The notes under the pieces: model-generated | Told to the model about the DNA's origin: nothing | Databases searched by the model: none | The model's input: only the letters and a program-made list of their open reading frames with translations | Shown: piece by piece, positions 1 through 9,600 of the stretch | How the letters are laid out: every line of letters starts with the position of its first letter | Position numbering within the stretch: the first letter of the stretch is position 1 | Source of the DNA: an uncultured archaeon | GTDB taxonomy: Archaea > Asgardarchaeota > Lokiarchaeia > Sigyniarchaeales > SOKP01 | Length of the DNA: 64,000 nt | Assembly (NCBI GenBank): GCA_964486045.1 | Contig: CAZALK010000017.1 | Location: forward strand, 56,312 to 120,311 | Reading direction: 5' to 3' | Position numbers and translations under genes: made by a program

Positions 1-1
1 C

Positions 2-343
2 ACCAAGAGAAACAGTTTCACGTCCAGTTGTCCGAAAATATAATTCAATTTCCTCATCTGTTAGCTCTATTTCACCCAGAACCTGTTTTATTAATTCTTC
101 CGAATATACAACTTCTTCTTCTTTTTCTGCAAAGTCTTCAACCTCAAAATTGTCGATCTCTAAATTCATGTTAATGAAAACAGTCAATTTATGTTCTGGA
201 TCACCATGTATATTTTCCCTTTTTATAGGGAATTTCATGATATCTTGATATTCTTTAACTGTTATCGGAAATTTAATTTCTGTTAAACAGAATTTACACT
301 TAATCGGGACTTCAATTATTTCTTTGTCTTTAAATAGATACAT
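2..343 (-). CDS. Partial (runs off window) putative transcription regulator: N-terminal CxxC...H...H domain followed by start of a TrmB-like HTH
   Basis: Manual translation from ATG at 343, no stop to window edge: MYLFKDKEIIEVPIKCKFCLTEIKFPIT...IHGDPEHKLTVFIN...QVLGEIELTDEEIELYFRTTGRETVSLG. Not in the ORF track. Confidence 0.6.
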   Translation of the reverse strand, partial: MYLFKDKEIIEVPIKCKFCLTEIKFPITVKEYQDIMKFPIKRENIHGDPEHKLTVFINMNLEIDNFEVEDFAEKEEEVVYSEELIKQVLGEIELTDEEIELYFRTTGRETVSLG

Positions 344-372
344 TTAATTTTATCCTCTCACATTTTATAAAG

Positions 373-1626
373 CTAAAATTCTACCTTCTCAGGGTAGGTT
401 ATCTCTAACAAGCTCAGAGCTTTCTTAGCAATTTCATATGTAATTTCGCCATCATTATCTTGGTTCTTATAAGCAGTCCGAATCTTAGGAAGGAGGTATT
501 CTGGAAAAATTATTAAAGGCTTAATTTCTGTAAGTAGACAAATCCATTTTCGGTCATTTTTATCGATAATCTCAGTAATGATATTTAGGTCTTTCAAATC
601 ATCTAATAATAGCTCAGTAACTGCGAATTCTGAAAATATCTTTGGAATTTTGTCCAGTGGATAGTGATTATGTCGCATTAGTACAAAGAAATCGTAAGCA
701 TCAGGACTTAAGAGAAGTGAAGCTAGTTTCTTTATTTCATCTAGAGGTTGTGTATAGGGATCATAATTTGAAAAATAATCAATTACTTTTTGTCGATATA
801 TTGGATATAATTCATTTTCTGTATCCTTGAAATGATTTAATAAATTTTCATTTGGGATTCGAGCCATCATAATATCCTTTACTAAGAATAAATATTCTCC
901 TTGATGTTTTATTTCACCTGTTTTTCTATCTTTTTCCCCTTTTATCCAATCCCGTCTAATGATATTTAGTTCTAAAAAGGGTTGGAGAAGTATATCTACA
1001 TTAATAGAAACAGCCATACTTTCTATTATTTTTTTTAAATCCCCTTTAGAAATCGGATGTTCTCGTAAAACCTCTAAGATCTTCAATCGTTCATTACTAT
1101 TATAGATTAGAGCAATCTTCTGAAGTTTGTCTAAGTTAGATAATCTATCGACTTGAAAAATTGTAAATTTGATTTCATTTTTTAACCGGATATTAATATT
1201 TTCGATTAAAGAGATCTGCTTTGAGTTTTTTGCTCGAGTCAGTTTATCAAATATAGTATCTAACCGACTTCCCATATCATTAATAAGATCCTCGAAAATT
1301 TCAATTTCATCATCTAATTCAAAAATTGAAATTGCTAAATATTGTGTACCATCTGCTACTTGCTTAAAATATGAAATAACTTGATATGGGGTTTCCTTTA
1401 GTCTTCCTGTGTAAAAATTGGTATAACTATATTTTACCCCAAAGAGCCCGGTTGTATGTTGATAAAAGATAGCGAATATATCATTTTGGCTGAGTACCGC
1501 AGAGAAATTATCTTCGCCCAGGTTCTCATCTCTCAATATCAACTGAATTGGTTCAAATTCTGGCTCGATTTCCCCGGTCTCTTTCTGATTTATGTTGAAC
1601 TGAAATGTCAAAATACCTTGGATCAA
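373..1626 (-). CDS. Hypothetical Asgard protein; possible longin/uDENN-like N-terminus plus winged-helix domains
   Basis: 417-aa ORF; beta-beta-alpha-beta-beta-beta-alpha pattern at N-terminus; wHTH-like segment ERLKILEVLREHPISKGDLKK...LQPFLELNIIRR. Confidence 0.45.
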   Translation of the reverse strand: MIQGILTFQFNINQKETGEIEPEFEPIQLILRDENLGEDNFSAVLSQNDIFAIFYQHTTGLFGVKYSYTNFYTGRLKETPYQVISYFKQVADGTQYLAISIFELDDEIEIFEDLINDMGSRLDTIFDKLTRAKNSKQISLIENINIRLKNEIKFTIFQVDRLSNLDKLQKIALIYNSNERLKILEVLREHPISKGDLKKIIESMAVSINVDILLQPFLELNIIRRDWIKGEKDRKTGEIKHQGEYLFLVKDIMMARIPNENLLNHFKDTENELYPIYRQKVIDYFSNYDPYTQPLDEIKKLASLLLSPDAYDFFVLMRHNHYPLDKIPKIFSEFAVTELLLDDLKDLNIITEIIDKNDRKWICLLTEIKPLIIFPEYLLPKIRTAYKNQDNDGEITYEIAKKALSLLEITYPEKVEF

Positions 1627-2302
1627 ATTTAAATACCTCTAAAATTCTATAAATATCTTTTATAAGATAAAATAAATATAATTATTTCTTAAGTATTATG
1701 TATTATTATCATTTAAATAAAGTTTATTCAAATTAATACATAATAGTGTTTTTAGCTGAAAATTTCGGCTTGAATCATAATATTACCGTTTCCAAATACA
1801 GATGACTATTTGGATATTTCTTAAACACAAACATTTGAGATGATCATTCTAACCTTGAATTTTCACCACATTATTAATTATCATAAATCCTTCAGTTTGT
1901 TTAAATGGATATTTTATTGTTTTTCAGAGAGTTTAGAAGTATCCCAGAGTTATTAGAGAAGTGATGAAATATTAAAGAGTTCTTGATAGGAATACTGATT
2001 CAGAAGTATTTATTATGCTTTAAATACTCTTTTTCTGTTTTATTCAGACTTATCATTTTTAACTAAAAATATGATGTATAGGTCAAAAAATCCTCATAAC
2101 TTGTTTTATTAATACAAAGAGATTAATAACAAAATTACTTCCTCTTAAGATTATACTTATAATTGTTAAATATAAAAATTAGAGTAAGTTATATTAAAAT
2201 AAGTATTAGATTTCTTAATAAGAATAGAAATTAATTCAATTAATCATTTACCCAAATTTGAGGAACATTTAAATTTATTATAAAAATTGAGGTTTTAATA
2301 GA

Positions 2303-5300
2303 ATGAAGAATAAATTTTATAAAGCAAAACGGTTCTCATATTTTATTATCATCACATTCACCTTGTTAACCAATTTTTTCATAGTTAGTTTTTTCTTTAA
2401 ACAAAACAAAGTAGATTTTAATCAGAATAATGAACGGAATAGTAATAATTATTTAGCACTTAAGAGTCAAGGCATTATACAGGAATTGCATTCTGAAGAA
2501 TGGTTAGACAATCCTACTTTTGAAACTCCTATAGATCCATGGTATAATACAACTCAAGGAGATGCTACAGATGTTAATTTTTCAACAAGTCAAGATCAAG
2601 CCAATTATATCATTAATGGTGAAGAATTGAAAAAAGAAGTTATCCTAAATAGTACCACTCAATCAGAATGGAGAGCTTTTAATAGAACCGAACTAGTTAT
2701 TTTACCTAATCAGGGTTATGGTGATGGTGATGGATGTTATTTAGGGCATGATTGGAATGAAGATGGTGGAGGTCAACCTTATAATACACCTCGAATGCAT
2801 TGGAGAACAAATGTTAGTATGCCAGATATGTCTGATTATATAATTACTTCAGCTTCTTTTAATGCAATAATAAATGCTACTGTTAATCAAGATGTTGACA
2901 CTCCAGGTGATACTCAGGCTCGTTGGGGTCCTGATAGAACTTTGAATCAATGGGTGATTTATGATTATGCTCAATTTTATGTAGAAATAAGTGATTTAGA
3001 CATTAATGAATTAAATACATATAGAATTGCATTTAATCAAACCAGAAACTTAGGAAATGAGGGTCCACCCACAAATTATGAAATGGAAGGTTTCATTGAT
3101 ACTAAAACTGTACAAGCAATAATAGATGCCATAAATAATGTTTTAGCAGTTGATCCGGGTCATAATAATTTTACAATTGTTTTAGGAATATATATATATT
3201 CTGAAGATAATAATGCCAACACTGATCGTGATCAATGGGAGGATTTACGTTTCAAATCTCTTAACTTAACTTTTACTTATGAAAAAAAAATTGATGTGAA
3301 TACAGCAGCGTCTTGGAATCAAGTAGGAAATAAAATTTCAGGGAGTAATATTGATATAATAAATACTACTTTGAATTTTAAATACAAAATCGATAAGAAT
3401 TGGACAACAACTTCTCCCAATTCAGAATTTAGAATATATATAAATAATAGAGTTCATACAGAAACTGTCAAATTGAGTAATGCGAATACGTCATTTCAAG
3501 ATATAAAAGTTGGGGGATTTGATGTCTCTAATTTAATTTTAAAAGATGTTAATATAAGTCTCTCTATTCAAGTCTACATAGCAGATACTTTTGCTTTAAA
3601 TCAAACATTTGTGTTATCAATCGATAATGCAAGCTTATTAATCTCTTATACTGAAACTATAATAGAAACAGAAACAAAATTAGATCTATTCTTAGAAAGT
3701 ATAAATAAAACATTAGAAAAATCTATTGAAATTACCATGGGTAAAACTGTTAATATCACGGCCAAATATAAAGATCTAGCGAATACTTTCATACAAAATG
3801 CTACAGTGCAATTAGGAGGATTGGGAGTACCGAGGGATTTGACGGAAAATGATTCTTTGGAACATTATAATGTTAGTATTCATACATCGGAATTACAGAT
3901 TGGTAATAATTTCTTAACTATTTCTGCTTCCAAAACATATTATGAGTCAATTCAAATTCTGATAAATATTGAAGTAATTGAAAGAGCAACCGATTTGCAA
4001 CTTTTTTTAGATAGAAATAACCAGACTCTAGATAAATCTATCCAAATGATATATGGAAATAGTGGGAACATAACAATAACGTATAAAGACATAGAATTGG
4101 ATCCTAGTATCCATATTAGCGGCGCGATTGTTAATTTAACAGGATTAAGCACTCCAGAGATTCTAGGTGAAGATTTAATATTTGAACAGTATACTTATAT
4201 TATCGATACAACTGAATTAGGTTTAGGAAATACATTTTTAACAGTTGATGCTCAAAAAGAAAATTATACTGCTCAATCCATTCGATTTAAAATTGAGGTT
4301 CAAGAAAGAACTTCTTATATTGATAAGATATTCCTAAATCAAACAGATTCTATAGCAATAGAAATTCCATGGAATGAAACTTTAAACATCGCGATAACAT
4401 ACAATGATAGTGCTACTGATCTTTTTATTGACCTTGCTCTTGTACAACTTACAGGTATAGGAATTTCTGAAAACTTCACTGAAAATAACCCGTTCAACTA
4501 TTCACTAGACTTTAATTCTAACAACTTAGAATTAGGAGTTAATTTCTTGACAATTTCTGCCCAAAAAGAAAACTATACATTAGCATCTAGGATTATTACA
4601 ATTACCGTTTTAGAAAGGACTACTTATTTTGATATTTATATCAATAACTCAAAGTACTTGACAACTCAATTTTACAATAGTTCTGTCGGAGAATTTTTGA
4701 ATATAACAGTGTTCTATAAAGACTCTAAAACCAATGCCTTAATTGACTCCGCTGTAGTCCGACTAATTGAATCAGGAAATATCTATAATTTAACTGAGAA
4801 TTTATTATTTAATTTATATGAAGTATCACTAGAAATGGAACCAATAGGAGCAGGAGTTAAGTTCTTGACGGTATCTGCTAAAAAAGACAATTATACACTC
4901 TTTTCAGAAGTAATATCACTAATTATTAGAGAAAAACAAACTAAAATCCAATTATTTTTAAACGGTACTCAATATTTCGATGGTGATACAATAGAGCTTG
5001 AAGTAACAGATACATTAAACATTACAGCAAAATATCTTGATAATATTACAGATACATATCTTACTGGGGCAACAATCGATCTAATTGATAGTGGGCAATT
5101 CAGTGAAAATCCAATCCAAGAATATTATAATATAACTATAGCTGTATTGGTTTTAGGAGAAACACTTAATAGATTATCTGTAATTGCGCAGTTAGAAAAT
5201 TATCAAACAGCACTGATAGAATTCTTTATTCAAGTAATTGAAAGAAAATCTGAGGGTACGTTGATATTAAATGAAGTAAACAAAACAGCTGATCCATACT

Positions 5301-6268
5301 TAGAGCTTCCTATTGGTAGACTTTTAAATATAACTGTAAACTTTTTTGATAGTAAGACAGGAAACCACATCCCTGGAGCAACCGTGCAATTAGATGGAGA
5401 GTTTAAGGACATTTTAATTGAAAATTCTACTTTCGAACAATATTCTCTCATTATTAACACAAATCAATTAAGTTTGGGATTAAATATATTTACTATTATT
5501 GCTGAAAGAGCCAATTTTCAGTTATTCACAGTTCAGAAAATGTATATTAATATTAGGCGAATTAGTACCAATGTAACAACTAGGTCTGGAGAAACTACGA
5601 TATCAAAAAAACCAGGTGACTTTGCAATAATAGAAGTAATACTATATAATCTAGATTTTGGTGGTACAATTAAAGGAGCATCTGTAACTTATATATGGCA
5701 ATTTGAAGGAGGAAATTTAACAGATTCGGATAACGATGGTGTGTATGAAGCTACAATTAGTAATTTACGAGAAGGTACTTATATAGTAACAATATATGCT
5801 TTTCTGGGTGAGAATTATAATTTTGAACCCATTGAGATAGTTCTGAGTGTAGTTAGAGAACCAACAGGAGACTCAGGAGTATTATTAGGGCTGTTAATTG
5901 TTGTGTCTATAGGAGCTGCAATTTTAGTAGGATATATTATTGCTTATCAACGCATCTTCAAATTTCCAAAAGCTGTTAGAAAAGTCCGAAAATATAGAAA
6001 ATCGCTGAGACGTAAATCAGCCCCTAGTATACATATTATAGGGAGAGAAGATGCCTTCAAATCGCATTATAATGAAAATTTAGGTAAATTTACCAGCGAC
6101 CTAAAATTGAAACACCATCTCGGAATGGTAAAACCTTTGGAACAAAAATTTATTCTTGATAAGTCATTAGAACAAAAAATAGAACCAGATCAACTAACTG
6201 AGAAAGCTGTTGAGAAAAAAGTTGAACTTGACAAACTGATTGATGAATCAGAAAAGGGATCACCATAA
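2303..6268 (+). CDS. Large membrane-anchored cell-surface glycoprotein with ~7 Ig-like repeats
   Basis: N-terminal TM; ~100-aa repeats (LQLFLN..NKT...LNIT.KY.D....I.GA.V.L...LG.N.LTI.A.K.NY); many NxS/T sequons; C-terminal TM then YQRIFKFPKAVRKVRKYRK. Confidence 0.8.
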   Translation: MKNKFYKAKRFSYFIIITFTLLTNFFIVSFFFKQNKVDFNQNNERNSNNYLALKSQGIIQELHSEEWLDNPTFETPIDPWYNTTQGDATDVNFSTSQDQANYIINGEELKKEVILNSTTQSEWRAFNRTELVILPNQGYGDGDGCYLGHDWNEDGGGQPYNTPRMHWRTNVSMPDMSDYIITSASFNAIINATVNQDVDTPGDTQARWGPDRTLNQWVIYDYAQFYVEISDLDINELNTYRIAFNQTRNLGNEGPPTNYEMEGFIDTKTVQAIIDAINNVLAVDPGHNNFTIVLGIYIYSEDNNANTDRDQWEDLRFKSLNLTFTYEKKIDVNTAASWNQVGNKISGSNIDIINTTLNFKYKIDKNWTTTSPNSEFRIYINNRVHTETVKLSNANTSFQDIKVGGFDVSNLILKDVNISLSIQVYIADTFALNQTFVLSIDNASLLISYTETIIETETKLDLFLESINKTLEKSIEITMGKTVNITAKYKDLANTFIQNATVQLGGLGVPRDLTENDSLEHYNVSIHTSELQIGNNFLTISASKTYYESIQILINIEVIERATDLQLFLDRNNQTLDKSIQMIYGNSGNITITYKDIELDPSIHISGAIVNLTGLSTPEILGEDLIFEQYTYIIDTTELGLGNTFLTVDAQKENYTAQSIRFKIEVQERTSYIDKIFLNQTDSIAIEIPWNETLNIAITYNDSATDLFIDLALVQLTGIGISENFTENNPFNYSLDFNSNNLELGVNFLTISAQKENYTLASRIITITVLERTTYFDIYINNSKYLTTQFYNSSVGEFLNITVFYKDSKTNALIDSAVVRLIESGNIYNLTENLLFNLYEVSLEMEPIGAGVKFLTVSAKKDNYTLFSEVISLIIREKQTKIQLFLNGTQYFDGDTIELEVTDTLNITAKYLDNITDTYLTGATIDLIDSGQFSENPIQEYYNITIAVLVLGETLNRLSVIAQLENYQTALIEFFIQVIERKSEGTLILNEVNKTADPYLELPIGRLLNITVNFFDSKTGNHIPGATVQLDGEFKDILIENSTFEQYSLIINTNQLSLGLNIFTIIAERANFQLFTVQKMYINIRRISTNVTTRSGETTISKKPGDFAIIEVILYNLDFGGTIKGASVTYIWQFEGGNLTDSDNDGVYEATISNLREGTYIVTIYAFLGENYNFEPIEIVLSVVREPTGDSGVLLGLLIVVSIGAAILVGYIIAYQRIFKFPKAVRKVRKYRKSLRRKSAPSIHIIGREDAFKSHYNENLGKFTSDLKLKHHLGMVKPLEQKFILDKSLEQKIEPDQLTEKAVEKKVELDKLIDESEKGSP

Positions 6269-6694
6269 TCATCTGAACATTAGAAAAAATAAATATAAAC
6301 AGAGATTCATTCGTTTTAAGACTTATCGATTTCTATTAACTCCTAATAATGAAAGGAGTGTAATAATCGTATCGTAATGGAATTTCAATAAAAAGTTTAA
6401 ATACCGTAGTAACCAATGTTACTTATTTAATTGTATTTAGCCATCATATTTTTTTTGGTATAAAAAATTGTCGGTAAAAACAAAATACCTTAGGAAAAGC
6501 ATCTCAATTATAGTACTAATCATTTTATCATAAGAAAACTGTAATTTAATTTATATATTATGATTTCCTAATGAATTTCATATAGGAATATCTTTCAAAT
6601 ATATTTAAGGCAAAGTGGCAAATTATTTATTAAATAATTTGGTATATAACCTTAAACACAAGTTTTTAATTAAAAGCTCAATGAAAACCCAATT

Positions 6695-9600
6695 ATGATT
6701 CTGAGAGATTTTAAAAAGAAAAATATTTTAATCTTTAGCATTGTAATTGTTATTTTATCATCTTCTATTTTCTTTTTTTCTTTTAAAAATAATTGGAATG
6801 ATTATTTTGAAGGAACAAAATTTAACCACCCTAAACTACCTCAATTAGCTGCTCAAGAGACGCTAACAGTTGTATGGCTTGAAAATCCTAATTTCAATGA
6901 TCCTATAGAACCTACATGGTATCCTGAATTAGCTGGAGATATCGATGATGTTGATGCAACTGTAGGTTCAGGGCAGGTTAATCTTGAAGTATTAGGAGAT
7001 GTAAGAACATTCAACGACATTTATGGTACTCCCCAAGCTCAAGATTGGACAGAGTTTAATCATTCCATTCGACCTCTACCTCTTACTCACGAAATTAATC
7101 AATACGGTTTCAATGTTTCACATGTATATTACGAAGGCTCAGGTGGTGATCAAACCGCAAATCTTGCAGGAGTTTTATGGAAAAGAAATATAACGATGCC
7201 CGTTGATATGTCAGATTACAACATAACTTCGGCTTTTGTAAGTGCTATTGTTAATGGATCAGCAGACCAAGATATTGAAACTATTAATGATCTTCCAATT
7301 ATTGGAGGATATGCATCGCTTTTTGATCATTCTTTCTTTTATGTCGTAATTTCAGACTTAAACAATGTAGAATATGAAGAAATAGCATCATTCAGGACTG
7401 ATATTTTGGGAGAGGGTAGAGTAGGACGAACTTACGCGAATTACTCTTCAAGAGACTTTCTTAACGATACTTTCATGGATCCGATTAGCGAAAGCGATAT
7501 AATTTTTACATTAAATCAAATTTTCGAACTAAATCCCTATAATTTTACAATAACAATGGGTATAGAGATTGATTGTGAAGATAATTATGGAGGATATGAG
7601 CTTGATAAATGGTATTCTCTCCTCATTAAATCCTTAAATTTCACATTTTCTTATGAAAAGAAAATAGATCAATTTACTACTGCTTCATGGAATCAAGATG
7701 GCGATCAAATCAGTGATCTCGGTGGTGATACTATTATTATAAATGAAGCAAAACTTAATTTTAAATATAAAATCAATGAAACTTGGCCGGGATCGTCCCC
7801 AAATTCGGAAATTAGAGCTTATATTAATAATATTAAAATCTCAGAAACAATAAAACTTAGTAAGGCAAATTCTACTTTCCAATTTGCAAAATCAGGAGGA
7901 ATTGAAGTCACTTCTTTAATTCCATACAATTCTAAAATAAATTTCTCAATTCAAGTTTATATTGCTGACGAATTTAATCTGGATAAAAAGATTTCTCTCT
8001 CCATTGATGATGTTTATCTCAATATTACTTATACGGTTACATTTCCAAATATACAGACAAATTTACAAATATTTTTTAATGGAGATAATAAGACCCTAAA
8101 TCCTATTTATGAACATCCAGTAAATCAAAATTTAAACATCACTATTAAGTATCCAGATAATTTAGGCATACATATTCCAGGAGCGGTAGTGCAATTATTT
8201 GGTAACCTTACGGGAGTTTTAACTGAAAATAGTACCTTAGGCCAATACACTATTATCATTAATGCAATTGATTTGATCCTGGGAGAATTCTTTTTCGATG
8301 TAATTGCTCATAGAATTAATTATGAGGCACGAATTATTGTGCCAATCTTGATTGTTACTGAGGTAACTACAGATAATTTACAACTTTTCTTAAATGGAGA
8401 AAATAAAACTTCTGATAAGAGTATTGATATTGCACTTAATAAATTACTTAATATCACAGTAAAATACAATGATATATTTGGAACACATGTTCCTGGTGCT
8501 ACCGTAGAATTAACGGGTGAAGGGGTTTTTGAAACTTTAAATGAAAACTTATCCTTAAGACAATATTCAATTATCTTAAATACAACAGTAAAATTGAGCT
8601 TAGGAACTAATCTTTTAACGATTAATGCCCAAGCATCAGATTATTCAAAAAGTATTATTAATCCTCGAATTTCGATTAGACAAATTTATGCCAAAATAAC
8701 CCCTTTATCTGGATCTAATACAATAAGGATTTCTCCAGGAGGTTATGCTTTTGTCAGAATTTATATTAATAATACAGATTTTAATATAAACATCACAGGT
8801 GCCATTGTCACTTATACATGGGATTATGATGATGGTATTCTTACCGATTTAGACCAAGACGGAATCTATGAAGGAGAATTTAATAATGTACCAGAAGGAA
8901 CACATTCAGTAATCATCAACGCATTTGGAAGCGATATATATAATTTTGAAAGTTATGAGATAATAATCGCAGCAGTAAGGCTAGAAGGTAATGCATTACT
9001 ATTTCAAATATTAACCATAATTGCAATTGTAAGTGCTATAATGATAGGGGGTTATCTTTATGCATACCAAAAAGTATTAAAATTTCCAAAAGCCGTCAGA
9101 AAAGTTCGAAAATACCGAAAAAGACTTAAAAGAAAAAACCCACCAAAAATATCTATCAAAGAACGTAAAACAATTTTTAAATCAGTTTACCAAAAGGAAA
9201 TTAGTAAAACTTCTAAATTTCTGAAAGGAAAACCACGTGTTGAAAAATCCATAATTGAAAAACCGTTTGTAAAACAAAATGTTGTCTCCAAAACTAAAAT
9301 TGGAAGCAAAGAAAAAAAGATAATACCTGAAAACAGCAACTTGGACAAAACACCTGATAAGCAGTTATTCGAACAAAAAAATTTTAAAAATAAATTGGGG
9401 AATATGATAAAAAAATATAGGAAATCAATAAAAACATTCAATAATAGATTTGGGACTTTTTTTAAAGTAATTCTCCTGATCATTTTAATATTAGGTATGC
9501 CATTAATCATGCAATTATCTAATAGAATGATAAGAAATTTAGCAGAAAATTCTACATTTTCAAAAAATAGCAATGAAATTAATAACTTAGGATTAGCTGC

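Noticed and set aside
1961-1998. C/D box sRNA (GTGATGA...CTGA)
   Set aside because: Too short, with no clear D'/C' pair or guide.
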